Shown here one piece after another: positions 1 through 9,895 of a stretch of DNA of 64,000 bases. The translations under genes were made by a program, and so were the position numbers. The stretch's first letter is position 1, and each line of letters starts with the position of its first letter. The notes under the pieces were generated by a model, which was not told the origin of the DNA, ran no database searches, and saw only the letters and a list, made by a program, of their open reading frames with translations. The DNA comes from an uncultured Candidatus Bathyarchaeia archaeon (lineage in GTDB: Archaea > Thermoproteota > Bathyarchaeia > RBG-16-48-13 > CAYPFQ01), in NCBI GenBank assembly GCA_964473665.1, contig CAYYPV010000008.1, forward strand, positions 607 to 64,606, written 5' to 3'.

Positions 1-99
1 ATACGATATTAAGCCAAAAATAGTTCTTATATGTTCTAACCATCACACAATTGTTCATCTACAAAAAACCCAAGAGGAGTTAGCTAAGTCCGCTAGCTC

Positions 100-1602
100 T
101 TAAACCGTAGGAGTATGGGGATCTGTTTTAAACGCGGATTGCTGCCTTTGCCACTGGTCTAAAGAAACAGCAAAATTCCTCTCAACATTTTTCCTGTGCA
201 ACGAATTGTATGAGCAGAATGGGATTATTCTTCCGTCAGGGAGGCCGTAGTGAATTGCGCATCTTTGTACACGTTCTAAGTCGAAGTTATATGGGTCCAT
301 AAAATGCATCATTCCTATCATTATCATTTTTTTGTGTAGGTTGCCTAGTGCTTCGTAGGATCCTTCCATAAGTATGCCGGTTACAAATGGGCGTAGCATT
401 GACCATTTTATGTGGCGTGTCCCTCCTAGTAGACGAAGTTGTGCTCTGCGTTTTCGGCCTTTCTTTACGTCCTGGTAAACTTTCTCCATTGTTTTTACGA
501 ATTTTTCTATTTCGATGTATCTGCCTATTGGAACGTATTTTCCGTTGTTTGGAAATATGTATGTCGCCATTCCGCAGTGCGGGTGTACTGTGAATTCTAC
601 GTAGCGTTTGCCTTTTAATGCGCCTATTGCCTGCGAGATTGGTGTAACGAACGGCACCGTGTAGAAGTCTGAGGTCTTTATCTGTCCGCCGGTTTGTTCT
701 TCTATTAGTTTTATGCAGTCGGGTATTGTTATGCGCATTTCTTTTCTTTTATCGTAGTCGACGCGGCCAGTTATGGATACTGGTTGAAAGTTTACTGCTC
801 GGATTATGTCAGCGTTTTCAACAGCGAATTTTATTATGTCTCCGAGTTGGTTATCATTAACGCCTTTAACTATGGTCGGAACGAGAACCATGCTGTCTAA
901 TCCCGCTTTTCTGCAGTTTTCGATAGCCTGTAATTTTGTTTTTAGAAGATCTCGTCCCCGAGTGGCGCTGTATACATTTGGGGTTACTCCGTCGAATTGA
1001 AGGTAAATTGTACTTACTCCAGCATCTAGCAGTTCTTTACAAAATTCAACACTTTCAGCCAGTCGAATCCCATTCGAGTTGACTTCAACATGGGAAAAAC
1101 CAACTTCTTTCGCCATTCTGACAAGTTCAGGCAGGTCTTCCCGAATTGTGGGTTCTCCCCCCGAAAACTGAAGCGCAGGAGGCTTAACAGGTTCATTTTT
1201 ATAAAAATTTTCAAGAACTCCGCGGATTTGCTGCTTGCTAGGTTCATACACGTATCCAGCTGCAGCCGCATTCGCGAAACAGATTGGACATCTGAGATTG
1301 CAGCGGTTAGTTATGTCAATTATAGCTAATACTGTATGCGTTTTATGGTTAGGACAAATCCCGCAGTCATATGGGCAGCCCAACACTGTTTTAGTTCTTG
1401 GGTTGTATAGTCCATCTCCTTCATGTCTAAATTTTTCCGCTCTCATGTATTCGTCATAGTCTGACCAGTAGAGGTCTTGGAAGCTTCCGTGCGTGGGACA
1501 TGTTTTCTTTATTAGGACTTGCCCGTTTTCTTTGTAGATGGTCGCTTTAATTACTGTTAAGCATTCGGGGCATATGCTTTGAGTTTCTTTAATCGTGTCC
1601 AT
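100..1602 (-). CDS. tes: Radical SAM tetraether lipid synthase (Tes / GDGT-MAS, MJ0619 family)
   Basis: N-terminal CPEC...CPTHG metal site, GCPYDCGICPNH motif, radical SAM CNLRCPIC, QFSGGEPT, C-terminal HFMDPYNFDLERVQRCAIHY...PFCSYN. Likely start is ATG 1602 (MDTIKET), inside the 1647 ORF. Confidence 0.85.
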   Translation of the reverse strand: MDTIKETQSICPECLTVIKATIYKENGQVLIKKTCPTHGSFQDLYWSDYDEYMRAEKFRHEGDGLYNPRTKTVLGCPYDCGICPNHKTHTVLAIIDITNRCNLRCPICFANAAAAGYVYEPSKQQIRGVLENFYKNEPVKPPALQFSGGEPTIREDLPELVRMAKEVGFSHVEVNSNGIRLAESVEFCKELLDAGVSTIYLQFDGVTPNVYSATRGRDLLKTKLQAIENCRKAGLDSMVLVPTIVKGVNDNQLGDIIKFAVENADIIRAVNFQPVSITGRVDYDKRKEMRITIPDCIKLIEEQTGGQIKTSDFYTVPFVTPISQAIGALKGKRYVEFTVHPHCGMATYIFPNNGKYVPIGRYIEIEKFVKTMEKVYQDVKKGRKRRAQLRLLGGTRHIKWSMLRPFVTGILMEGSYEALGNLHKKMIMIGMMHFMDPYNFDLERVQRCAIHYGLPDGRIIPFCSYNSLHRKNVERNFAVSLDQWQRQQSAFKTDPHTPTV

Positions 1603-1962
1603 TTTTATCACAAATAGTAATAATTGAGTGGTTAAAACTTCGCTCACTTTTAATGTTTTTCGTTAACCTACGAATCCACTTTACAATAAGATTAATGTGA
1701 ATTAATAGTGTTCTAGATTAACTGAAGTTAAAGTTAGAAGTCAAATGTTCGAAGACCGAATGATTTCTGAGAAAAAAGCTGCAATGTTCCTAAGTAGATG
1801 AGATTAGGCCTAATGTTACAATTTTGCCAGACCACATTGGGTTGCTAAGTTCGGCTAAGGATATTTCGAGTCTCTGGAAAGATTCATTAAGGTTTAAGTA
1901 GCAAGAAAAAGTGGTATTTAAATCGTATTACATTAAAAATACGGAGCGTGATAGGTTTGGTT

Positions 1963-2109
1963 ATGAAATTAGTCACAGTTAAGCTCCCTGACGCTTTAAT
2001 TGACGGCTTAGATCAGCTTGTGAGAGCGGGTATGTATAACAGTAGAAGCGCGGCCATAAGGGCAGCTGTCAGGGACTTGGTTAAGAAAGAGGTATGGCGG
2101 CAGGATTAA
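1963..2109 (+). CDS. Small ribbon-helix-helix (CopG/MetJ/Arc, CdrS-like) DNA-binding protein, 48 aa
   Basis: Translated by hand, absent from the ORF track: MKLVTVKLPDALIDGLDQLVRAGMYNSRSAAIRAAVRDLVKKEVWRQD. Alternating beta-strand followed by the GxYxSRSxAIRxAVR helix signature. Confidence 0.85.
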   Translation: MKLVTVKLPDALIDGLDQLVRAGMYNSRSAAIRAAVRDLVKKEVWRQD

Positions 2110-2172
2110 AAAACTCACGATTTTTGTTTTGTGCGTTATTTAACCCTGTTTAGAGTAACGGCTTACGTCTCT

Positions 2173-3273
2173 CTATCGTTCTCTTTTGCCTTTAATGAAT
2201 TCGTCCACCCATCTCTTTGCCACTTCGTATGGTGCCTGAACTGGCGGATGCTTGAATGCGTATGCAGATATGCTTGTTAATGGGCCTGAAATTTTCCTAT
2301 CTAGCCCTATTTTCGCGGCTCTTATTGCATCAATAACTACGCCGCCGCTGTTCGGTGAGTCCCAAACGTCTAACTTAACATCGATTGTACAAGGAGTGTC
2401 TCCGAAGTATTTGCCTTCAATGGAAATGTAACATATTTTTTTATTTTCAAGAAAATCTACAAAATCGCTCGGTCCTATATGTAGCGGAATCGTGTAGGGA
2501 ACCATTGCTTTCACGGCGCTGGTTTTACTTATTCTTTTTGAAACTAACCGTGTTTGTTCAAGCATATTTAGAAAATCGGTGTCGCCGCCTATGTTTAGTT
2601 GGTAGCTTTCACCTATTCTTACGCCGCGTTCAACCAGCATTTTAACGATTGACTTATGCAAGACAGTTGCGCCGATCTGCCCCATGACATCGTCGCCAAT
2701 TACTGGCAGTTTTGCTTTCTGAAATTTTTCCTGCCAATCTTTATCGGAAGCTATGAAAACAGGCATACAATTCAAAAATGCGCATCCGGCGTCGATTGCC
2801 TGTTGAGCGTACCAACGAGTTGCCTGTTCGCTTCCCACAGGCAAATAGTTTAAGACTACGTCAACCTCTGTTTCGCGAAGGATAGCTGCAACATCTGCTG
2901 CCCTATTTTTCTTATCGACTTTTACGATTGGTTTTACGTATTTTCCTATACTGTCCATGATCTGCCCTTGCATAACTTGGACTCCGAGTTCTGGAACTTT
3001 GCAGAAGACTCGAGTATTGTTTGGTGGACTGTAAATAGCGTCTCCGAGATCTTTTCCTACTTTTCGCGAATCAATGTCGAATGCTGCAACGAATTTTATA
3101 TCCCTGATGTGGTATTCGCCGAATTTAGTGCGTAGCAATCCTGGTACAGTTTGATTCTCCTTAGCATTCTGATAGTAGTGTACTCCTTGAATTAATGCTG
3201 AGGAACAGTTCCCCACTCCGATGATTCCAACATTTATTCCATTTTTAGCCAACTGTATCCTCTTATTTTTCAT
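2173..3273 (-). CDS. ino1: Myo-inositol-1-phosphate synthase
   Basis: GVGNCSSAL Rossmann motif, NYLPVGSEQA, GDDVMGQIGAT, QLNIGGDTDFLNM, DSPNSGG. Confidence 0.92.
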   Translation of the reverse strand: MKNKRIQLAKNGINVGIIGVGNCSSALIQGVHYYQNAKENQTVPGLLRTKFGEYHIRDIKFVAAFDIDSRKVGKDLGDAIYSPPNNTRVFCKVPELGVQVMQGQIMDSIGKYVKPIVKVDKKNRAADVAAILRETEVDVVLNYLPVGSEQATRWYAQQAIDAGCAFLNCMPVFIASDKDWQEKFQKAKLPVIGDDVMGQIGATVLHKSIVKMLVERGVRIGESYQLNIGGDTDFLNMLEQTRLVSKRISKTSAVKAMVPYTIPLHIGPSDFVDFLENKKICYISIEGKYFGDTPCTIDVKLDVWDSPNSGGVVIDAIRAAKIGLDRKISGPLTSISAYAFKHPPVQAPYEVAKRWVDEFIKGKRER

Positions 3274-3380
3274 TGACTTGAAGGAAAATGACCTTGTTGA
3301 TAAAGTTATATTTAAATAATTTTTATCAAATTGTTTTCTGTTTATTGACTTAATTAATCCCTTAATTTATTCTAATAGCC

Positions 3381-3415
3381 TTCTTATCCTGTAATCCAGT
3401 AAACAGGATTAAGAA
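3381..3415. terminator. Imperfect inverted repeat downstream of the hydrogenase operon (possible terminator or operator)
   Basis: TTCTTATCCTGT-N10-ACAGGATTAAGAA (one bulge), between the cytochrome b stop and the ino1 start. Confidence 0.3.
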
Positions 3416-3467
3416 AATGAATGCTGTACAGTACCAAAGTTTGAAGAATTAAGGAGATTAAGCGGCT

Positions 3468-4160
3468 TTACGCCTTCACTATCTCTTCTGCATTCAACTT
3501 ATGTTTGCCGGTTACCATTGGTGACAGGTAGTGCAGTATAGCCATCGAGTAGACATGCAGTATTATCAATGCTACGAATAGGTAAGCGAGGAACAAGTGA
3601 AGTATTCTAGTGGCTATCATCGGGTCGTTTACGCCGAAAATTGAACCTAGCCAACCAATCCAAGTGTATAGAAAGTGGAAGCCAACTTTTGTTAGGAAGT
3701 CTGGGAAGCCCTGCATGACTCCTGTTAGACCGATAAGCAGAGTTAGGATAGCAAATCCCCAGAAATCAATCCATACGCCTGGATCAACTTTCCGTATGAA
3801 TTTTTTCTTGTCAACATCATATTTGATAGGTTCTCCTGGTCCCGACCTAAATCCTAGCCACGCCATTGTTTCCGCATAAAGATATTTGATACCCCATATG
3901 TTTGGGATTTCCCATTGGATTGCGCCGGTTATACTGAGGTAGTATATGTTTATGATTACTGCGGCAAGCCAGAATCCGCCTATCCAAACATGCAGCTCAT
4001 GTACGTTGTTGAAGAATCCGAGTACGTTTTTCCCGCCCAACTCGTATAAGCCGCTGATTTCAAAGCCGGTTATGAGCAGCAGTACCATAGCTGCGAAGTT
4101 CACCCAGTGAATAATACGTAAAGCAAGGGTATGGCGTTGGACGGTTACTCCTTCAACCAT
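3468..4160 (-). CDS. [NiFe]-hydrogenase cytochrome b subunit (di-heme, 4 TM)
   Basis: RIIHW, HELHVW, RILHL and LHVY heme-ligand histidines in four hydrophobic segments; third gene of the hydrogenase operon. Confidence 0.88.
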   Translation of the reverse strand: MVEGVTVQRHTLALRIIHWVNFAAMVLLLITGFEISGLYELGGKNVLGFFNNVHELHVWIGGFWLAAVIINIYYLSITGAIQWEIPNIWGIKYLYAETMAWLGFRSGPGEPIKYDVDKKKFIRKVDPGVWIDFWGFAILTLLIGLTGVMQGFPDFLTKVGFHFLYTWIGWLGSIFGVNDPMIATRILHLFLAYLFVALIILHVYSMAILHYLSPMVTGKHKLNAEEIVKA

Positions 4161-4187
4161 TTTTCATCCTCTCCGCCATTTACAGCA

Positions 4188-6026
4188 CTAAAGTTTTGTT
4201 ATCAGTCTTTTTCCTTCGGGTGTTATTATGTGGACAGCGCATGCGAGGCATGGATCGAATGACCTGATGATGGCCAAGGCTAAGGAAGTATTATAACTGT
4301 CGACACCAGCGGTAACAGGTGCAGGCTCCATGTTAAGGTCTGTTAGATGATGCGGCGCCAGCGCGATTCCTAATGAGTCACCCCACTTTTGCGGTGCAGC
4401 AACACCCCACGCTGAGAGATTAACGTTTGCAGTTGGGTATATGGCGTTGGCTACGTCTGAAACTCTCAAGTTTTTAGGCAGCCATGTGGTTCCGCAGGAT
4501 AGTGCATATTCAGCTATGCCCAGTCTACCCTGGTCATCTCTTGGTGAAAAGAGCCAGGTGCCGGGTACAACGCATTGGTATCTGCTGATCTTCTTGCCGC
4601 TGATTTCCAAATAGTGTAATAATGCACCGCGTGGAGCATCCCATAATCCAAGCCCTGAACCTGTTGTGGGGACATCTACATAGTTAACAATAGGACTGTT
4701 CATGTAGGATTTTAGGGCAGCTATCCACTCGAACATTTTGTTGGCAACTGCTAAGCTGAAGAAAACTCTTCCCGCAACTCTATCAACCACTGAACCGTTA
4801 GGATTCAGTACGGTCCATGAAACACTTCCAGTTTTACCTGGAGAAACATCTAATCCGGTTGCTGGATTAATTGTGCTGAAGGCGACAGGGTCCTTCCACG
4901 TCAGTCCCCATGTGTTAATCATTCGTGCAAGCGGTCCTACTTCGTATACTTTATTGTTGTAGCGTGGAGCCTTTAACCATGAGTAAGCTGCGGGTTTTTG
5001 GGATGACTGATTTGCAGGTTGTATAGGAACTGTTTCGCCTACTGTTGGATTTAATTCACTTCCACTGCTGTACCATGAATATCCTACATCCTCTAAAACC
5101 AGAGTTGGGTCAAATAGTGTTTGCTTTGGAGCAGTATCACCGCTTTGCCAGGCACCACTCCATGCGAGTGAATTCTTTCTTCCGTTCTTAGGGTCAATCC
5201 AGTCAGCGTAATTTTGATAATCAGGGAAGCAACCGTATGATAAGAAGTTCCCGGTTCCTTGACCGATTTTGTCTAATCCAACAGATGCGCCGATAAGACT
5301 GTCTATTGCGCTGGCTATAGTGCTGTTTTGAGCAACTACTGCGTTAAAGTCGGCCTGCATGGTTGTTGCTACAAATTCCCATAGATTAACCATTCGGGCG
5401 TATGTGGCCGCTATTTTATCAAGTGTTGGTTGGGCGCTAATACCTCCTGGATATTCCGTCATATGGTGCGGAAATTTTCCTCCCCAAATTGCTACAATTT
5501 CACTGGCGAGTCTTTGGATCTGGACCGCTGCTGCGTAGCTCGATCCTAGGTTTATGCTTGATATACCAAGAGTACCGAGTGCAGGTGGCACCATTGGCGG
5601 GTATTTGGCGAGTACACCTAGTTCCGGTCCCATGAGTATGTAGAAGTGAAGTACGTGATCATACAAGTAGTATGCACCGTGTAGGATGTTTCGAATTAAA
5701 ACAGCTGCAGTTGGTAAACTGTCTTCCACGCCGAACGCTTGGTCTAGGGCTAATATGGATGTCTGACCATGTGGAGCTGGGCAGACGCCGCATATTCTCT
5801 GAGCGATCATCCATGCATCTCGCGGATCTCTTCCATTAAGGAAAATTTCGAATCCTCTGAACATTGTGCCTGTGCTGTATGCTCCTCCATTTTTACCAGT
5901 TGAGTCAACAACTTGTACTCGCTGCCATGGATTTACAGCACCTGTTCCAGATACGTTTTCCAGATTCATCTGTATCTTAAGGTGCCCCTCAATCCTAGTT
6001 ATCGGATCAATTGTTACTGTTACCAT
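4188..6026 (-). CDS. Group 1 [NiFe]-hydrogenase large subunit
   Basis: IDPITRIEGH, L1 motif QRICGVCPAPH, APRGALLH, L2 motif SFDPCLACAVH followed by a cleavable C-terminal tail. Confidence 0.95.
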   Translation of the reverse strand: MVTVTIDPITRIEGHLKIQMNLENVSGTGAVNPWQRVQVVDSTGKNGGAYSTGTMFRGFEIFLNGRDPRDAWMIAQRICGVCPAPHGQTSILALDQAFGVEDSLPTAAVLIRNILHGAYYLYDHVLHFYILMGPELGVLAKYPPMVPPALGTLGISSINLGSSYAAAVQIQRLASEIVAIWGGKFPHHMTEYPGGISAQPTLDKIAATYARMVNLWEFVATTMQADFNAVVAQNSTIASAIDSLIGASVGLDKIGQGTGNFLSYGCFPDYQNYADWIDPKNGRKNSLAWSGAWQSGDTAPKQTLFDPTLVLEDVGYSWYSSGSELNPTVGETVPIQPANQSSQKPAAYSWLKAPRYNNKVYEVGPLARMINTWGLTWKDPVAFSTINPATGLDVSPGKTGSVSWTVLNPNGSVVDRVAGRVFFSLAVANKMFEWIAALKSYMNSPIVNYVDVPTTGSGLGLWDAPRGALLHYLEISGKKISRYQCVVPGTWLFSPRDDQGRLGIAEYALSCGTTWLPKNLRVSDVANAIYPTANVNLSAWGVAAPQKWGDSLGIALAPHHLTDLNMEPAPVTAGVDSYNTSLALAIIRSFDPCLACAVHIITPEGKRLITKL

Positions 6027-6028
6027 TT

Positions 6029-7165
6029 TTACATTTCCTCCTGCTTCGGTTTTCTTACAGTCCTAATTACTAAGTGAGCTGCAACTCCAACTGCGCTAGC
6101 GATTACTAGAGCTTCACCCCAGTCTTTAGCTGAATATCCTAATAATACTGGCAGATTTGGAAGTTCACCGTAAAGTGCGCCTTGGTTTCCCGGAATGTCG
6201 GGGAATGTTGGTTGAGCGCAGCCAATGCAAGGCGCGCCTGGCTCCACACAGTAGCTAACATGGTCATTCCACAGTCTAATAGCGCAATCTGTGTAAGTCA
6301 CTGGACCTTTGCAGCCGAGTTTGTATCGGCATCCTTCTTCTCCAGGTTTAAGCGCGAACTGCCCATGATCATAGTATGGTCGGAATGGGCACCTATTGTC
6401 ATGCATAAGATATTGATAGAATGCTTCAGGTCTACCGTATTCATCTAGAGTGGGCACAATGCCCTGAATGAGGTCAGCTAAGGTTAATATAAGGTGATCT
6501 GGATGACCTGGGCATGTGGCGCCTGCAACTATTGCTTTTCCAGCTATGCCGACATTAGTTAGACCCTGTTGATCTAGGAATTTTTGCAGCCCGATAGCGC
6601 CTGTCACGTTGTTAGCGACTGTAGAATATGAGAGGGGAGAATATTCGCCTGGCACTCCTCCAAATGAGCCGCAGTTTCCAAATGAAATTAAGACATCAGA
6701 GGAACCTAGAGTTTTTACAGCGGCTACTACAATATCCCTGAAATCTTTTCCGGCTACTGTAGTATATCCAGGATCCTGCATTGCTCCTTCAACTATTAGA
6801 ATTCGTTTTCCAGGTGTAGCGTTCGCCCAGACAGTATCCTTTAGGTACTCTAGTAATGAGCCTGATGCAGGATGTAACGTTTCTTGGTAGTCGGGCAGCC
6901 TTATGCCTAATGGTTGGTTGCCTACCATTGTAGTGTCGTTGCCGACTATTATTTCTGTGAGCAGTTGCACTACGTCTGGGTTGACTGCTTGAGCGAAAGA
7001 GACAGTACACCCACTGCACGCTGCTCCATGTAGCCAGCATATGTGCCAATAGTCAGTTGCTGCTGCTGCGAATACTTCCTTTATCTCTGGTTTGTATAGC
7101 TCGATTGTTGCTGCTGCGCCGATTACTCCTGCTAGCTTTATGAAGTCACGTCTTTTTATTTTCAT
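6029..7165 (-). CDS. [NiFe]-hydrogenase small subunit with Tat signal and C-terminal membrane anchor
   Basis: RRDFIK twin-arginine motif, CSGC, GNCGSFGG, CPGHP, HDNRC, GCKGP, CIGC, hydrophobic C-terminal helix. Confidence 0.93.
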   Translation of the reverse strand: MKIKRRDFIKLAGVIGAAATIELYKPEIKEVFAAAATDYWHICWLHGAACSGCTVSFAQAVNPDVVQLLTEIIVGNDTTMVGNQPLGIRLPDYQETLHPASGSLLEYLKDTVWANATPGKRILIVEGAMQDPGYTTVAGKDFRDIVVAAVKTLGSSDVLISFGNCGSFGGVPGEYSPLSYSTVANNVTGAIGLQKFLDQQGLTNVGIAGKAIVAGATCPGHPDHLILTLADLIQGIVPTLDEYGRPEAFYQYLMHDNRCPFRPYYDHGQFALKPGEEGCRYKLGCKGPVTYTDCAIRLWNDHVSYCVEPGAPCIGCAQPTFPDIPGNQGALYGELPNLPVLLGYSAKDWGEALVIASAVGVAAHLVIRTVRKPKQEEM

Positions 7166-7323
7166 ACCCTATTTTTCCTCCAACAATTCTGAAAATTGGA
7201 TAACGTTTGTCATTTTTTGTCACTTTAAGGTATTTAATGCTTATCATCATTTGCAATACATCTTTTCGGATATTTAGAAAAAACATAACAATCATTAAAT
7301 TCATTTATGTGAGATACAAATCC

Positions 7324-8409
7324 ATGAAGTTAAGTGATTACCGGGATCCCGCCTTAACTAATGCGATCGCTGAGAAAATAAAAGATTTAACTTCGACAGC
7401 TCACGTTAAGTTTTGTCATATATGCGGCACTCACGAATATGCGGTTACTCATTATGGTCTGCGCACTCTTCTTCCAAGAAATCTTGAGGTAATAGCTGGG
7501 CCTGGCTGTCCAGTTTGTGTAGTCCCAGCTAGGGATATTGATGAGGCTGTTTGGCTTGCTCTTAACGGTGTAACTGTTGCAACTTTCGGCGATATGCTTC
7601 GTGTTCCGGGATCAGACATGTCTTTGGCCGATGCGAAAGCTAAGGGGGGCGATGTTCGGGTTGTTTACGGTGTTGATGAAGCAGTTAAGATGGCGTTGAA
7701 ATATCCTGAGAAAAGTTTTGTGTTTTTCGCTGTCGGTTTCGAAACTACCGTTCCAGCTAATGCTGCTGAAATATTAAGTGGCCCTCCGAAGAACTTGAGT
7801 TTTCTTGTTTCACATAGATTGATTCCTCCTGCTATGGAGCTTCTTCTTGGTGTAGGCGACCTTAAAATCGACGGCTTCATCTGCCCTGGACATGTTGCAA
7901 CGGTAATCGGCGTTAAGGCGTTCAGAATGTTTCCTGAAGTTTACAGTATGCCTACAGTGATAGCTGGCTTCGAACCTGTGGACGTGATGATTAGTCTTTA
8001 CATGTTGATGAAACAGTTGAAGGAGAACTCAGCCCGTGTTGACAATGAGTACACCCGTTCAGTAACTGAGGAAGGGAATGTTAAGGCTCAGAAAATTATT
8101 GAAGAAGTCTTTGAAGTTGATGGGGGTAATTGGAGAGGAATTGGAAGAGTACCGTCTTCAGCGTATAAATTGAAGGGTGAATATGCTAATTACGATGCCA
8201 GAGTAATATATGACATTAAAGTAGGTCCAGCGAAAGACATCCAGCCGGGCTGCAGCTGCCATTTAGTGATTATTGGAAAAATAAAGCCTAATGAATGCAC
8301 GATGTTCATGAAGACCTGCACGCCTGAAAATCCATATGGACCTTGCATGGTTTCGCATGAGGGTACTTGTCGTATATGGGCGGAACATGGTGAATATCAA
8401 ACTCTTTAG
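7324..8409 (+). CDS. hypD: Hydrogenase maturation protein HypD
   Basis: CGTH, GPGCPVC, GFETT, PGHV and GPCMVSHEGTC motifs. Likely start is ATG 7324 (MKLSDY), inside the 7207 ORF. Confidence 0.95.
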   Translation: MKLSDYRDPALTNAIAEKIKDLTSTAHVKFCHICGTHEYAVTHYGLRTLLPRNLEVIAGPGCPVCVVPARDIDEAVWLALNGVTVATFGDMLRVPGSDMSLADAKAKGGDVRVVYGVDEAVKMALKYPEKSFVFFAVGFETTVPANAAEILSGPPKNLSFLVSHRLIPPAMELLLGVGDLKIDGFICPGHVATVIGVKAFRMFPEVYSMPTVIAGFEPVDVMISLYMLMKQLKENSARVDNEYTRSVTEEGNVKAQKIIEEVFEVDGGNWRGIGRVPSSAYKLKGEYANYDARVIYDIKVGPAKDIQPGCSCHLVIIGKIKPNECTMFMKTCTPENPYGPCMVSHEGTCRIWAEHGEYQTL

Positions 8410-8516
8410 AAGCATTCCTTGGAGTTTACTGAAATGTTTAGGTGCATAAATTCGCTGGGTAAATGAACATAAATTTAAGGATAATTAAATTAAATTTAAA
8501 TTGAATTTCCATATTA

Positions 8517-8723
8517 ATGCCTAAAGGCGAATTTATGAGTGCTGAATTAAAAATTGCTGTCGACTCAATGAAATGTATTCCCTGCGGTGTTTGCGTTCTC
8601 ATATGCCCTAAAGATGCGCTTATGATCAATGAGCGGGGAGTTGAGCAGATTAAGGGTTGCAACGGTTGTGAGCTCTGCGTTAAATATTGTCCGCTTGTTG
8701 CGATTGAGGTGAAGAAAGAGTAA
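8517..8723 (+). CDS. 2[4Fe-4S] ferredoxin
   Basis: CIPCGVCVLICP and CNGCELCVKYCP motifs; stop overlaps the next ATG (TAATG). Confidence 0.9.
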   Translation: MPKGEFMSAELKIAVDSMKCIPCGVCVLICPKDALMINERGVEQIKGCNGCELCVKYCPLVAIEVKKE

Positions 8724-9895
8724 TGTATGATGTCATAGTTGTCGGGGCTAGCCCTGCGGGTATAATGGCAACGTGGAAAGCTTCGTTATCCGGGGCAAGA
8801 GTTCTTCTTTTAGATAGAAAAACGCGTTTAGGGGTTGACCATCAACCTGCTGATACTACTTTTACGGGAATGTTTAAGCGAACTGGGCTGAATATTCGAG
8901 ATGAGTATTTGGTTCACAGAGTAAGAGGCATGCATATAGTATCTCCGGCGGGTTTTCGTTTCGCTATAAATAGTCCAGGTTTTGTTGTAGATAGGCAGGC
9001 GTTTGACCTCTATTATCTAGGTTTAGCTCATGATTCAGGTGCTGAAATTAAAGCGGGCGCCCTGGTAGTTGGGCTGGAAAATTCACTAGGAAAAAGGCGT
9101 GTTATTGTTAGGGAATTAGGTGAAAAGAAAATTTATGATGGAAAGATCATTGTTGGAGCAGACGGCATTGAATCTTATATTGCAAAGTGGGCTGGAATTA
9201 GACCTATGGTTCACCCTAATGAAATAGCGTCATCTGTTCAAGCGGAAATGATTGGGGTGGAAAATGAATATCCGGACTATTTCCAATACTTCTTAGGAAG
9301 TCAAGTAGCGCCTGGCTGGAAAGCTACTGTTTCGCCGAAGGGAGATTCTAAGGCTAGTGTGGGTGCATTTGTACGTAATGCACCTAGGCCTGCCATTTAT
9401 TATTTTAATAATTTTGTCTATAAAAATGGAAAAGAAAAATTTAGAGATGCAAAAATCTTGAAAATGCAGGCGGGAGGAGATCCTGTGGCTACAATACCTA
9501 ACCAAACTGTCGGCGATGGAGTAATGGTTGTTGGAGGCGCGGCTGGTCAAGCAGGATTGTCGTATGGAATGTTATGCGGTATTTTTTGCGGCGAAGTGGC
9601 TGCTGAATCAATTGAAGCTGATGACCAATCAAAGCCTTTTCTTTCCAAGTACCAGCAGAGATGGCGCAAGGAACTGTTAACGGAATATAGGTTAGGATAC
9701 TATATGCTTAAGGCGATTGAGAAAATGCGTGACGAGGATCTAGATAGTATTGTGAAAAGCCTTCAGGATACCGATGTTTCTGAGCGAATTCCTAGACATC
9801 AATCTCTATTTGGAAAGGGTATGTCTGGGGCGCTTTTAGTAATGCAGAAAGATCCCAGAATTCTTAATCTAGTAACACGTATATTGCCAGTTTAA
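8723..9895 (+). CDS. Geranylgeranyl reductase-family FAD oxidoreductase (atypical)
   Basis: YDVIVVGASPAG, DRQAFD and GADG motifs; the usual YxWxFP and GDAAG motifs are altered (PGWKATVSP, GGAAG). Confidence 0.8.
   Translation: MYDVIVVGASPAGIMATWKASLSGARVLLLDRKTRLGVDHQPADTTFTGMFKRTGLNIRDEYLVHRVRGMHIVSPAGFRFAINSPGFVVDRQAFDLYYLGLAHDSGAEIKAGALVVGLENSLGKRRVIVRELGEKKIYDGKIIVGADGIESYIAKWAGIRPMVHPNEIASSVQAEMIGVENEYPDYFQYFLGSQVAPGWKATVSPKGDSKASVGAFVRNAPRPAIYYFNNFVYKNGKEKFRDAKILKMQAGGDPVATIPNQTVGDGVMVVGGAAGQAGLSYGMLCGIFCGEVAAESIEADDQSKPFLSKYQQRWRKELLTEYRLGYYMLKAIEKMRDEDLDSIVKSLQDTDVSERIPRHQSLFGKGMSGALLVMQKDPRILNLVTRILPV

Noticed and set aside
4188..4260. Selenocysteine ([NiFeSe]) hydrogenase
   Set aside because: The L2 motif is DPCLAC with normal Cys codons and no in-frame TGA.
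7207..7323. Long N-terminal extensions in the ORF track (hypD; also 11114..12433, pyrF, rpoK, tes)
   Set aside because: They run through AT-rich promoter DNA or neighbouring genes; downstream starts match family N-termini better.
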